Below are positions 42,898 to 51,777 of a stretch of 64,000 nucleotides of DNA, piece after piece. Positions within the stretch are counted from its first letter, which is position 1. The number at the start of each line of letters is the position of its first letter. The DNA is from Candidatus Omnitrophota bacterium. Lineage in GTDB: Bacteria > Omnitrophota > Omnitrophia > Omnitrophales > Aquincolibacteriaceae. The notes under the pieces were generated by a model. It saw nothing but the letters and a program-made list of their open reading frames with translations. It ran no database searches and had not been told where the DNA came from. The stretch lies in NCBI GenBank assembly GCA_043732705.1, contig JAYTHE010000029.1, positions 3,251 through 67,250 on the forward strand. The letters run 5' to 3'. The position numbers and the translations under genes are program-made.

Positions 42898-43878
42898 TTA
42901 TGCTTCGACACCGGAGCGTTTGAAAAGCTCGCTAACCGAGGCATTGTAATGAATGCGCGCGATTGCATCCGCTAAAAGCGGTGCCACTGAAAGTTGCGTG
43001 ATTTTTTTGATTTTTTTATTATCCGAGAGCGGAATCGTATTCGAAACAATTAATTCTTTAATCGGCGCGCCCTGCAGACGCTCAATCGCGGGCCCCGCTA
43101 AAACAGGATGCACGGCAACGACATAAATATCCAAAGCCCCATTTGCTTTTAAAGCCTTCGCAGCTTCCGCAACGGAACCGCCAGTTGAAATCAAATCGTC
43201 CACAATAACGACGTTCTTCCCTTTCACTTCTCCGATGATATTCATGACTGAAGTTTTTGCGGCGTCTTCACGGCGTTTATCTACAATCGCCAAACTGCTG
43301 TTTAAAAGTTTGGAATAAGCACGTGCCATTTTAATTCCGCCGACATCAGGCGAAACGACAACCAGATTTTTCAATTTTTTCTTTTTTAAATACTGCCCCA
43401 TGATATTGATCGAATACAAATGATCGACGGGAATATCAAAGAAGCCCTGGATTTGGCCCGAGTGTAAATCCATGGTTAAAACGCGGTCAGCTCCGGCGCT
43501 GACAAGCAAATTCGCGACCAGCTTTGCTGTAATCGGAACTCGCGGGCGGTCTTTGCGGTCTTGGCGCGCATAACCATAAAACGGCAGCACGGCAGTGATC
43601 CGGCGGGCCGAAGCACGGCGTGCGGCATCAACCAAAATCAAAAGTTCCATTAAATAATCATTCGGAGAATTGCATGTTGATTGCAATAAAAAAACATCTT
43701 TGCCGCGGATATTTTCGCGGATTTGAACATGAATTTCGCCTTCCGGAAAACGGCCTACCAAAACTTCTCCCAGTTTCACATTTAGCAACTGCGCCACTTC
43801 TTTGGCAAGAGCAGGATTAGAATTTCCAGAAAAAAGCATGAGCTGGTCATGATTTTTTGATTTCAGATTAACCGCCAT
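42898..43878 (-). CDS. prs: Ribose-phosphate pyrophosphokinase
   Basis: PRPP-binding loop VVVSPDVGGIKMARAY and the Prs N-terminal domain. Start chosen at MAVNLKSKNHDQLMLFSG. Confidence 0.9.
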   Translation of the reverse strand: MAVNLKSKNHDQLMLFSGNSNPALAKEVAQLLNVKLGEVLVGRFPEGEIHVQIRENIRGKDVFLLQSTCNSPNDYLMELLILVDAARRASARRITAVLPFYGYARQDRKDRPRVPITAKLVANLLVSAGADRVLTMDLHSGQIQGFFDIPVDHLYSINIMGQYLKKKKLKNLVVVSPDVGGIKMARAYSKLLNSSLAIVDKRREDAAKTSVMNIIGEVKGKNVVIVDDLISTGGSVAEAAKALKANGALDIYVVAVHPVLAGPAIERLQGAPIKELIVSNTIPLSDNKKIKKITQLSVAPLLADAIARIHYNASVSELFKRSGVEA

Positions 43879-43902
43879 AAATAAATTCCTTTTTGAGTCA
43901 TC

Positions 43903-43950
43903 GGGGACAGACCCCGCTCTCAAACACGAACAATCATAGGGGTCTGTCCC
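43903..43950. repeat. Hairpin GGGGACAGACCCC-n23-GGGGTCTGTCCCC between the glmU stop and the prs start
   Basis: 13-bp perfect inverted arms read directly. A near-identical arm pair occurs inside the giant gene at 41261..41300. Confidence 0.6.
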
Positions 43951-43956
43951 CCTAAA

Positions 43957-45213
43957 TTATTTCTTGAGTGCTTTAGCCGGCACACCCGCGACAACATTAC
44001 CCGCGCGCATTTTTGTTTTCTTCGTCACAACCGAACCTGCGCCGGTTTTGACACGCTCGGGGATATCCACCGGCGCGACCATCACCGTATTCGACCCGAT
44101 CATGGCATGCTTACCGACGCGCGTTGTGTGTTTGTTTTTTCCGTCAAAATTTGCCGTAATCGCGCCCGCGCCAAAATTAACAAAATCACCGACAATCGCG
44201 TCGCCCAAATAAGCTAAATGCTTCGCGTTCACATGCCGGCCCAATTTCGACCGGTTGACTTCCACAAAGTTTCCGACAAGAGTTTCATTGCCAATTTTGG
44301 ATCCGCCGCGAATTTTAGCGAAAGGACCGATTTGGCAATTTAAACCAATGACAGTGCCCGAATCAATCCAAGTCCATGGATAAATTACTGTGCCTGCACC
44401 GATTTTAACATGCGGCGCAATCCAAGTATCCCGCGGCGAAACAACATTAACCCCCGCTTCCAGATGCATGTCAATTTCCCGGTCTGTAAGCGCACGCGCC
44501 GCGGCAGCCAAATCTCTTTTAGAATTCACTCCGAGCGCTTCTTCGGAGCTTGCCGCACAGCAGGCCTGCACACTTAAATTTTTTGCCCGGAGAATCTCAA
44601 TCGTGTCTGTTAAATAATATTCGCCTTTTTGATTATTCGGTTGAACTTCCCGCAGTGCTTCGAAAAGTGCTTTGCGGTCAAACAAGTAAATTCCGGTATT
44701 CACTTCGTTTAACTTTTTTTCGGATTCACTTGCATCCACTTCTTCGCGGATGGATACAAATTCACAGCGTGAGTCACGGATAATTCTTCCGTAACCAAAA
44801 GGATTAGGCTGGCGGCAGGTCAACACGCTAACCGAAGCGCCGCTCGAATGATGCTCTTTAAAAAGCTTCTGCAGCGTTTCTTTTTTAAGAAGCGGCATAT
44901 CTCCGGGCCAAATTAAGACTTCTTCCGCATTTTGCATCGCGCGCTCAGCGACCATCACGGCATGCCCCGTTCCCTTTTGCGGCTTTTGTAAAACCGTACT
45001 TGCAGAATTTCCCAGGAGCTTTTTAACTTCCGGAGCGCCATAACCAACGACCACACAAGGTTTTTTAATTCCAAGGCTTTGAAGTGTATCCAGGACATGT
45101 CCAAGCAGCGGGCGTTCCCAAATCGAGTGAAGAACTTTAGGAAGATCGGAATGCATGCGGGTACCCTTACCCGCGGCGAGAATCAATGCTTGTGGTAAAT
45201 TTTTATTTTTCAT
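43957..45213 (-). CDS. glmU: Bifunctional UDP-N-acetylglucosamine pyrophosphorylase / glucosamine-1-phosphate N-acetyltransferase
   Basis: N-terminal nucleotidyltransferase motif LILAAGKGTRM and C-terminal left-handed beta-helix hexapeptide repeats; 418 aa. Confidence 0.9.
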   Translation of the reverse strand: MKNKNLPQALILAAGKGTRMHSDLPKVLHSIWERPLLGHVLDTLQSLGIKKPCVVVGYGAPEVKKLLGNSASTVLQKPQKGTGHAVMVAERAMQNAEEVLIWPGDMPLLKKETLQKLFKEHHSSGASVSVLTCRQPNPFGYGRIIRDSRCEFVSIREEVDASESEKKLNEVNTGIYLFDRKALFEALREVQPNNQKGEYYLTDTIEILRAKNLSVQACCAASSEEALGVNSKRDLAAAARALTDREIDMHLEAGVNVVSPRDTWIAPHVKIGAGTVIYPWTWIDSGTVIGLNCQIGPFAKIRGGSKIGNETLVGNFVEVNRSKLGRHVNAKHLAYLGDAIVGDFVNFGAGAITANFDGKNKHTTRVGKHAMIGSNTVMVAPVDIPERVKTGAGSVVTKKTKMRAGNVVAGVPAKALKK

Positions 45214-45335
45214 AATTTAAAAACCCAAATCCTAATATCTAAACAAATTCCAATTCCCAAAAATAAATGCTCTAAACGTTTTGAGGCTTGATCATTTTGC
45301 TTTTGGGTTTATTTAGGATTTAGAGTTTAAGGACT

Positions 45336-46229
45336 TCATCCTTTGATGCCGGATAATTTGATGCCTTCGACAAAAAAGCGCTGAGAGAAAATAAACACGA
45401 CCAAAATCGGCAGCATCATCATCACGGTGGCCGCCATCAAAAGCTCCCAATTCGTATTATGCAGCCCCTGAAAGTAGGAAAGCCCCACCGGCAGCGGATA
45501 TTTTTCACTGGTATTCACAACGATCAAAGGCCACATCAAACTCATCCAGGAGCCCATAAAAGTAAATGTGGTCAAAGTCGCGAGTGCAGGGCCGGAAAGC
45601 GGAATAATAATATGCCAAAAGATTCTTAAGTAGGAACAGCCGTCAATTTTCGCCGCGTCTTCAAGTTCTTTGGGCATGGTTAAAAAAAACTGCCGCAACA
45701 TGAATGTGCCGTAAGCCGTGAAAATTCCGGGAAGAATCATCGCTTTGTACGTATCAATCCACCCTAAATAACGCAGCAAAATAAAAACGGGAATCATCGT
45801 CACTGCGCCCGGGATCATCATCGTCCCGAGATAACCAAAAAAGATTTTATCGCGGCCTGGAAATTCAAGCCGCGCGAAAGCATAAGCAGCGAGAGAGCTT
45901 GTGACCACCTGTCCAAAAGTCAGCGCAACCGAAATAAATATTGAGTTAAGATAAAACCGGCCGAAAGGAATGACTTTCCAGACATCGACATAGTTTTTCC
46001 AAACAAAAACTGTGGGAAGCCATTCTTTCCACCAGGCGCGCTCGGAAAAAATTGCGCCCTGCTCGGAAAGCGAAGTCGTGATCATCCAAAGAAACGGCGC
46101 AATCATCGTAATCGCACCGAGTGTGAGCGCGGCATAAATCAATCCGTTTTGAAAAAAACGCCCCCACTGGATTTTTTTTCGCTTCGGATTGGGTTGTGCC
46201 GCCAAAATAATTTCGTCTTGATAGCTCAT
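45336..46229 (-). CDS. Carbohydrate ABC transporter permease (MalG/UgpE-like)
   Basis: Six-TM permease with an EAA-type loop (ELEDAAKIDGCSYLRIF). Confidence 0.8.
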   Translation of the reverse strand: MSYQDEIILAAQPNPKRKKIQWGRFFQNGLIYAALTLGAITMIAPFLWMITTSLSEQGAIFSERAWWKEWLPTVFVWKNYVDVWKVIPFGRFYLNSIFISVALTFGQVVTSSLAAYAFARLEFPGRDKIFFGYLGTMMIPGAVTMIPVFILLRYLGWIDTYKAMILPGIFTAYGTFMLRQFFLTMPKELEDAAKIDGCSYLRIFWHIIIPLSGPALATLTTFTFMGSWMSLMWPLIVVNTSEKYPLPVGLSYFQGLHNTNWELLMAATVMMMLPILVVFIFSQRFFVEGIKLSGIKG

Positions 46230-46278
46230 AACTTGCTTTTATTAATTTTAAAATTGCTCAAAAAATTCCAAACTTCTA

Positions 46279-46305
46279 CCTTGTGCACATCGGATGTGTA
46301 CAAGG
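46279..46305. repeat. 27-bp palindrome CCTTGTGCACATCGGATGTGTACAAGG, family R4, copy 2
   Basis: 26/27 identical to 25921..25947. It lies between the two ABC permease genes. Confidence 0.8.
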
Positions 46306-47214
46306 TTAGGTGTAATGAATATTTTTACCGAAAAATTTCCACTTCAAAAAAGTAATCAGAAAAATAACCAGAAACAGCACCCACGCGATCGCCGCCGCAT
46401 ACCCCATGTGATACCAAACGAAAGCGTTGTTATAGAGATAATAAATAAGCGTTGTGGTAGATCCGTTCGGACCGCCGCCCGTCATCATATAAGCTTGATC
46501 GAAGCCGGCTTGAAATCCGCCGATTAAACTCATAATTCCGATAAAAAAAGTAGTCGGTGAAATTTGCGGCCAAGTTACGGCCCAAAATTTTTGAACGGAC
46601 GTGGCGCCATCAACCTCTGCGGCATCATACAAGTCGCGCGGAACACCCTGCAAAGCGGCGAGATACAAAATCATATTTTGCCCGCCGACACTTTGCCATA
46701 CGCTCATCAAAATAAGCGCGGGCTTAGCCCAAGTTTCATCCGTCAGCCAATTCGGCCCTTGTAGTTTCAACCCCAGCATATGTCCCAGCCGCGCGATCAT
46801 GGTGTTGAACGCACCAAATTCAGGGTTATACATCAAACGCCAAAGCATGAAGATCGCGACACCCGCGCAAATGGTCGGCAAATAATAAATCGTCCGGAAA
46901 ATAACCATGCCTTTTAATTTTTGGTTAAGCGCAAGCGCGAGAAGAAGCGAGCCGGCCATGGAAATCGGAATGGCGCCCATTAAATAAACGGTATTCAAAC
47001 AATATTGCCAAAAACGCTTATCCTGAAAGAGCTCGATGAAGTTTCGGAACCCCACTAACTTCGGCGCTGAAAAAAGGCTCCAATCCGTAAAACTCAAAAA
47101 AAGCGAGGCAACGACCGGAATGGAAGTGAAGATAAGGAAGCCGATAAGGTTCGGCGCAAGAAACGCGTACGCCGCAACCATTTCCTTGGTTTTATCTTTC
47201 ATGAAGCGCTTCAT
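46306..47214 (-). CDS. Carbohydrate ABC transporter permease (MalF/UgpA-like)
   Basis: Six-TM permease with an EAA loop (DLYDAAEVDGATSVQKFWAV). Start set at MKRFMKDKTKEM. The upstream 27 codons of the tracked ORF are translation of MITE R2 and are excluded. Confidence 0.8.
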   Translation of the reverse strand: MKRFMKDKTKEMVAAYAFLAPNLIGFLIFTSIPVVASLFLSFTDWSLFSAPKLVGFRNFIELFQDKRFWQYCLNTVYLMGAIPISMAGSLLLALALNQKLKGMVIFRTIYYLPTICAGVAIFMLWRLMYNPEFGAFNTMIARLGHMLGLKLQGPNWLTDETWAKPALILMSVWQSVGGQNMILYLAALQGVPRDLYDAAEVDGATSVQKFWAVTWPQISPTTFFIGIMSLIGGFQAGFDQAYMMTGGGPNGSTTTLIYYLYNNAFVWYHMGYAAAIAWVLFLVIFLITFLKWKFFGKNIHYT

Positions 47215-47323
47215 CCCGTTAGAAACTCCCAAAATAAAAAAATGACCGAAATTCAATATACTTGCCGCCCAACACATGCATACACGCACACGCAAAGTTG
47301 TTTAAGTTTCTAACGGGATTCAA
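47215..47323. repeat. MITE-like element, family R2 (terminal inverted repeats CCCGTTAGAAACT / AGTTTCTAACGGG)
   Basis: Terminal inverted repeats and the internal AAAATAAAAAA region match 17296..17397. It begins at the nucleotide after the permease ATG. Confidence 0.7.
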
Positions 47324-48582
47324 GCTGATTTCTCCAAGCGAGACACATGGGTCACAACAGGCTGTGTTTTTCCGCTGATCACCTCTTCGGTAATAAATAC
47401 CTCCGAAGCATCTTGCGTTGCGGGAATATCATACATCAAATCAAGCAAAGCCGCCTCGAGAATAGACCGTAAAGCGCGAGCTCCCGTCGACTTCTTAAGC
47501 GCGCGACGGGCCACTTCGCGTAACGCCCCGTCGGTAAAATGCAAATCTACATTTTCCATCTTAAACAATTTTTGATATTGCTTCACAATCGCGTTTTTAG
47601 GCTCCGTTAAAACGCGCACCAAATCATCTTCGGTCAGTTTATGCAAACCCGAAACTACCGGAAAACGGCCGATAAACTCGGGAATCAGCCCAAACTTCAC
47701 CAAGTCTTCAGGCTCAAGCCGGTCAATCAATTGGCCCAAATCCTTTTCTTTTTTAAGCGAAGAGTTTTGCGCGCCAAAACCCATTGTCTTGCTTGCGATG
47801 CGCCGCTCAATCAAGTCTTCGATTCCGCCAAACATTCCGCCGCAAATGAAAAGAATATTGCGCGTGTTGACCGTAATATATTCCTGATGCGGATGCTTGC
47901 GCCCGCCTTGCGGGGGAACATTCGCGGTCGTACCTTCTAAAATCTTCAGCAGCGCTTGTTGAACGCCTTCGCCCGACACATCGCGGGTAATCGACATATT
48001 TTCGGATTTCTTTGCGATCTTATCAATTTCATCGATATAAACAATTCCGATTTCCGCACGCTTCACATCAAAATTCGCGGACTGCAAAAGCCGGAGTAAA
48101 ATATTTTCCACGTCTTCTCCGACATAGCCAGCTTCGGTCAATGAGGTCGCGTCCGCGATCGCGAAAGGCACGTCTAAAATTTTAGCCAAAGTCCTCGCGA
48201 AAAGTGTTTTTCCCGAGCCCGTCGGCCCGATAAGCAGCACATTGCTTTTTTCAATCTCAATCTCATCTTCATTCTTGGAGGTAATACGCTTGTAATGATT
48301 ATGAACACTGACCGCGAGACGCTTTTTGACAAGGCTTTGTCCCACGACATGCTGATCGAGTTTGAGTTTAATATCATGCGGTTTCGGAACTTTAAAATCT
48401 TCGATTTTAAAAGTTTTGGCATCGGCAGCGGGGGCGGGCTGCTTCAGAAAAGCATCGTAACAAACACGGACACAAACTTCGCAGATGAAAGATTGATTGC
48501 CGGCGAAAAGTTTTTTAACTTCCGCTTTCTTGCGTCCGCAAAATGAACAACTTTCGCCCGTATTGTCTTTTTGAAAGGTCAT
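47320..48582 (-). CDS. clpX: ATP-dependent Clp protease ATP-binding subunit ClpX
   Basis: N-terminal C4 zinc finger (CSFCGRK ... CEVCV) and AAA+ Walker A GPTGSGKT; 420 aa. Confidence 0.9.
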   Translation of the reverse strand: MTFQKDNTGESCSFCGRKKAEVKKLFAGNQSFICEVCVRVCYDAFLKQPAPAADAKTFKIEDFKVPKPHDIKLKLDQHVVGQSLVKKRLAVSVHNHYKRITSKNEDEIEIEKSNVLLIGPTGSGKTLFARTLAKILDVPFAIADATSLTEAGYVGEDVENILLRLLQSANFDVKRAEIGIVYIDEIDKIAKKSENMSITRDVSGEGVQQALLKILEGTTANVPPQGGRKHPHQEYITVNTRNILFICGGMFGGIEDLIERRIASKTMGFGAQNSSLKKEKDLGQLIDRLEPEDLVKFGLIPEFIGRFPVVSGLHKLTEDDLVRVLTEPKNAIVKQYQKLFKMENVDLHFTDGALREVARRALKKSTGARALRSILEAALLDLMYDIPATQDASEVFITEEVISGKTQPVVTHVSRLEKSA

Positions 48583-48827
48583 TTAATTTTCTTTTTTATG
48601 AATTCGAGTTTTTGTTTCCGTGACCAAGATTTAATTTGCGCTTCGCGTTTAGACGCGCTTGACCGGTCAGCCCGTCTTTCCTCGTAAACCATTTTTGCCG
48701 CTCCAAAAGCCCGCGTATAACGCGCGCCCTTGCCGCTTTGATGCTGGCTTAAACGGCGCTTCAGATCATTTGTTATTCCCGTGTATAAACTTCCGTTTTT
48801 ACATTTCAGGATATAAACGTGCCACAT
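48579..48827 (-). CDS. GIY-YIG nuclease-superfamily small protein (UPF0213-like), about 82 aa
   Basis: [39 protein letters not shown] matches the GIY-YIG core. Start chosen at MWHVYIL (48827). Confidence 0.6.
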   Translation of the reverse strand: MWHVYILKCKNGSLYTGITNDLKRRLSQHQSGKGARYTRAFGAAKMVYEERRADRSSASKREAQIKSWSRKQKLEFIKKKIK

Positions 48828-48921
48828 CTTATCCTTTGCTGCGCAACAGAGCTTTGCCCCTCTGCCCGCTTTCGCGAGCTGCCGCTTCGCGACCAAAGGG
48901 CCCATGTATATTTAAAACGAC

Positions 48922-48992
48922 TTGCCCGACCAGGGTTCGAACCTGGAACCTTGCCTCCAAAGGGCAGTGTGATACCATTTCACCATCGGGCA
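48922..48992 (-). tRNA. tRNA-Gln (anticodon UUG)
   Basis: Manual fold of the reverse complement. Acceptor stem TGCCCGA/TCGGGCA (U1:A72 as in bacterial tRNA-Gln). D-arm GTGA-AATGGTA-TCAC. Anticodon loop CTTTGGA (UUG). T-arm CCAGG-TTCGAAC-CCTGG. Discriminator A. CCA is not encoded. One A:C mismatch in the anticodon stem. Confidence 0.75.
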
Positions 48993-49054
48993 GCAAATAG
49001 TCGTTTTAAATATACAAAAATAACATAGTGATAAAAACTTCAAGCTTGCTTCAA

Positions 49055-49077
49055 GTATCATTTCACCATCGGGCAAC
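49055..49077 (-). repeat. Degenerate copy of the tRNA-Gln 5' portion (acceptor 5' strand plus D-arm), fragment 1
   Basis: The reverse complement GTTGCCCGATGGTGAAATGATAC matches tRNA 5' TGCCCGATGGTGAAATGGTATCAC. It is not followed by the rest of the tRNA. Confidence 0.6.
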
Positions 49078-49135
49078 AAACAATCCCAAAAACAAAAAAA
49101 TAAGTTTGCGATAATATTTTCAAGCTATGCTTGAA

Positions 49136-49159
49136 AATACCATTTCATTATCGGGCATT
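49136..49159 (-). repeat. Degenerate copy of the tRNA-Gln 5' portion, fragment 2
   Basis: The reverse complement AATGCCCGATAATGAAATGGTATT lies about 80 nt beyond fragment 1. Confidence 0.55.
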
Positions 49160-49253
49160 GTATTCTCAAAACACATGGATCTGAGACCGCATAATCTACC
49201 TGATTTTCAGCATTTCCCCAAGAGCGGATTTCGGGGTCTTTTTTAGAGGAATT

Positions 49254-50069
49254 TTAAAGGGAAGAACAGAGAATCGAGCGCTTTCGTAGCTTTTGCGGTA
49301 AAGCCTTTCTTGTCTTTTGAATTTGCGTGCGTGAAGAGGCTGCCGCGAAAACCGTGGGACCACTGCCGCTCATTAAAACGGCTACGGCGCCGGCCTTGGT
49401 CAGCTGTTTCAAACATTGATCGATCGAAGGCCGCAAAGCAATTGCGGGCAGCTGCAAAGCATTAATGATTTGCCCGGCCTTTAATTTCCCTTTTGAAAAT
49501 GAACAGCCGTTCTCGCGATATTTTTTATAAACCTCGACAGTCGATAAAGGTTTCGGGTCGGTTATGAGCAAAAACCAGTTTTTTTTGTGACTACTCACGG
49601 GTTTTAATTTCTCTCCCACTCCAAGGGCATAGGCCTGGGTTTTCTGCAGCAAAAAAAAAGGTACATCCGCGCCGATACGCAAACCCATCTTCATCAGCTC
49701 GGATTTTGAAATGCGCAGTCCATAAAGTTTAATTATCCCTAATAGAAAAAAAGCCGCATTGCTGGATCCCCCGCCAAGTCCGGCCCCGATCGGAATACGC
49801 TTAATAAGTTTGGCGTGTACGCCTTTTAAATTCGGGAATTTTTTCTGAAGCTCAACATAAGCCTTGAAAAGTAAATTGCCTTCACGCGGCGGAAGCTTGG
49901 CGTGAGAGGAAAATGAGAAGTTGGATTTACGTTTTGAGAGAATCAATGTATCCGCAAGCGAGATGCGATGAAAAAGAGTATCGAGAATGTGATAACCGTC
50001 AGGACGGCGACCGGTAATTCGCAAGTACAAATTCACTTTGGCCGGTGATTTTAAGGTGAGTTTTTTCAT
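49254..50069 (-). CDS. ispE: 4-diphosphocytidyl-2-C-methyl-D-erythritol kinase
   Basis: GHMP kinase motif PIGAGLGGGSSNAA; 271 aa. Confidence 0.85.
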   Translation of the reverse strand: MKKLTLKSPAKVNLYLRITGRRPDGYHILDTLFHRISLADTLILSKRKSNFSFSSHAKLPPREGNLLFKAYVELQKKFPNLKGVHAKLIKRIPIGAGLGGGSSNAAFFLLGIIKLYGLRISKSELMKMGLRIGADVPFFLLQKTQAYALGVGEKLKPVSSHKKNWFLLITDPKPLSTVEVYKKYRENGCSFSKGKLKAGQIINALQLPAIALRPSIDQCLKQLTKAGAVAVLMSGSGPTVFAAASSRTQIQKTRKALPQKLRKRSILCSSL

Positions 50070-50108
50070 AACTGATGCTTCTTACACGGTTGCAAACGGC
50101 GCAAAGTT

Positions 50109-50128
50109 AGGTTGGGCAAAGCCCAGAG
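50109..50128. repeat. REP-like palindromic element, family R3 (GGTTGGGC-aaa-GCCCAGAG)
   Basis: Matches the family consensus CGGTTGRGC-n3-4-GCYCAGAG. Confidence 0.6.
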
Positions 50129-50139
50129 TAAAAATATAA

Positions 50140-50184
50140 CAGAAAGAAAAACGGGAAACGAAAAACATTGTTTTCCGTTTCCCG
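50140..50184 (-). terminator. Rho-independent terminator (CGGGAAACG-loop-CGTTTCCCG followed by TTTTTCTTTCTGTT on the minus strand), 3' of the small basic ORF
   Basis: A 9-bp perfect stem plus a T-rich tract, read from the reverse complement. Confidence 0.55.
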
Positions 50185-50220
50185 CTATTTGTTATTCGCG
50201 ATCCGCCTAAGCGGAAACCG

Positions 50221-50319
50221 CTATGACCAATCTTTTTTCTTATGGCGGTTTTTGCGCAGCTTCTTTTTGCGCTTATGCTTATTCATCTTTTTCTTACGCT
50301 GTTTTTTTGCCCAGGGCAT
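50221..50319 (-). CDS. Very small, highly basic protein (32 aa: MPWAKKQRKKKMNKHKRKKKLRKNRHKKKDWS), possibly ribosome-associated
   Basis: Not in the 60-aa ORF track. GAGGAG sits 7 nt upstream of the ATG and a terminator lies directly downstream. The composition resembles very small basic ribosomal or ribosome-associated proteins, but the family is not assigned. Confidence 0.4.
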   Translation of the reverse strand: MPWAKKQRKKKMNKHKRKKKLRKNRHKKKDWS

Positions 50320-50341
50320 TCGGGTTCTCCTCAGTCGATGA

Positions 50342-51214
50342 TTATGGAATTACTTTGTTCAAAGGGTATTCAATGATGCCATGCGCGCCCGCGGATTTTA
50401 AATCCGGGATCAAGTTACGCACAATTGCCTCATCAATAATAGTATCGACATCAAACCAGCCGTCTTCAGCGAGCGAAGAAACGGTCGGTTTGCGAAGCGC
50501 GGGAAGCAAAGCAATCACCGCTTTTAAATTCTTTTGGGAAACATTCATTTTCAATCCGACTTTTTCCTGGGCCCGGATCGCTCCCTGCAAAAGCATCACA
50601 AGTTGATCCATTTTCTTTTTCTTCCAACCGTCTTTAATGCTGTCTTTATTCGCAATGAATTTAGGAATAGAAACAATCACGGTATCGACAATGCGCAAAC
50701 GATTCGCTTTCAAGCTTGAGCCGGTTTCGGTGGCTTCTACAATCGCATCGGCAAGACGCGGCGGCTTGGCTTCAGTGGCGCCCCATGAAAACTCCACTTC
50801 GGCTTTGACTTTATTCTTTTTCAAATAAGCTTTGGTGACATTCACGAGTTCGGTCACGATTTTTTTACCCTGAAGGTCTTTAATACTTTGGACTTTGGAT
50901 GATTCATGCACGGCAAGCACCCAGCGCACCGGATTGGAAGTTTGCTTGGAATATTGAAGCTGGCAAAGTTCGGTGACTTTGGAGCTGTTTTCGACAATCC
51001 AGTCATGGCCGGTTAAACCACAATCAACGATACCGTCTTCGATATATCGGGACATTTCCTGGGGACGAAAAAGGATGATTTCTAGCTCGGGGTCATTCAC
51101 CGAAGGGGTAAATGAACGGGAACTATTGCGAATCTCAAAACCGGCCTTTTTGAACAAGGCAAAGGTTGAGTCTTCGAGTGAACCCTTGGGAAGCGCTAAT
51201 TTAAGTGTTGCCAT
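50342..51214 (-). CDS. hisG: ATP phosphoribosyltransferase (long form)
   Basis: A 290-aa ORF with HisG catalytic domains plus a C-terminal regulatory domain. Confidence 0.85.
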   Translation of the reverse strand: MATLKLALPKGSLEDSTFALFKKAGFEIRNSSRSFTPSVNDPELEIILFRPQEMSRYIEDGIVDCGLTGHDWIVENSSKVTELCQLQYSKQTSNPVRWVLAVHESSKVQSIKDLQGKKIVTELVNVTKAYLKKNKVKAEVEFSWGATEAKPPRLADAIVEATETGSSLKANRLRIVDTVIVSIPKFIANKDSIKDGWKKKKMDQLVMLLQGAIRAQEKVGLKMNVSQKNLKAVIALLPALRKPTVSSLAEDGWFDVDTIIDEAIVRNLIPDLKSAGAHGIIEYPLNKVIP

Positions 51215-51777
51215 AGAGGGCGGATTGTAGCGAAGCCCATGGAAACTGTCAAAGTAAAAACCAAGCTAGGTTTAAATCAAATAAGGGCTAAAAATTGATT
51301 AAAATACGTTGGTTTGGTCTTTGGAGTTAGGATTCACCCCACTCAAACAGCTCCGTCCTAAGGCGGAGAACTCGTGGGGCAAATCCTAACTTCAAAGATG
51401 ACTTCGCTATGTGAGGTGGGAGCAATAAAAGGAGAAGCAAGGCGACCTAATAAACTCCGTAGAAAAGCTAATCTCTTATTTCGTGAATCACGGGCATCAA
51501 GCTTCACATATAAAGCTTCCCGTCATACGTTTTTCTTGCTCTGCTAAGCCGAGCAAGAAAAAGGTGTAGCAGGAAACTATTTTAAAGTTCGAGGCCGGGG
51601 GTAGGAATATTTCTGCTGAAACTTCGATAAAGTTATTCTTGAACCCTAGTTTCTCTACTTCTTGCCTCCACCCCATCATGCCGCAGTGCTCAGGAAAAAA
51701 TACTTACATTTTCGAGTTCTGAGCGCAGCATCAGTTGTCTGAGAAAATGGGAGTATTTTTCTGAGCTCAATCCGCTG

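Noticed and set aside
43903-43950. Interpreting the GGGGACAGACCCC hairpin as the glmU intrinsic terminator
   Set aside because: There is no U-tract after the hairpin on the minus strand, and prs follows 25 nt later, so it is probably co-transcribed. It is kept as a repeat/regulatory hairpin rather than called a terminator.
45214-45335. Apparent inverted repeat aaacccaaatcctaa / tttgggtttatttaggattt upstream of glmU
   Set aside because: On checking, the second half is the complement rather than the reverse complement of the first (the same words in swapped order), so no hairpin forms. It is low-complexity A/T-rich sequence.
47215-47295. N-terminal extension MRVRVCMCWAASILNFGHFFILGVSNG of the MalF-like permease ORF, and similarly MHISFFLSRASHG of the 9647..10036 ORF
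   Set aside because: These codons are translation of the MITE-like R2 element, which recurs as noncoding DNA at 17296-17397. The genuine starts are the ATG at 47214 and the GTG at 9996, directly abutting the element.
51215-51777. Attempted assignment of the structured interval to RNase P RNA, tmRNA, SRP RNA, T-box or a his leader peptide
   Set aside because: By eye I found no GGAAAGUCCGGGCUCC-type P4 motif, no tRNA-like 3' end with GGTTCGAATCC ... ACCA, no AGGUCCGGAAGGAAGCAGC SRP motif, no T-box sequence and no run of His codons. The identity is left open as a candidate ncRNA.
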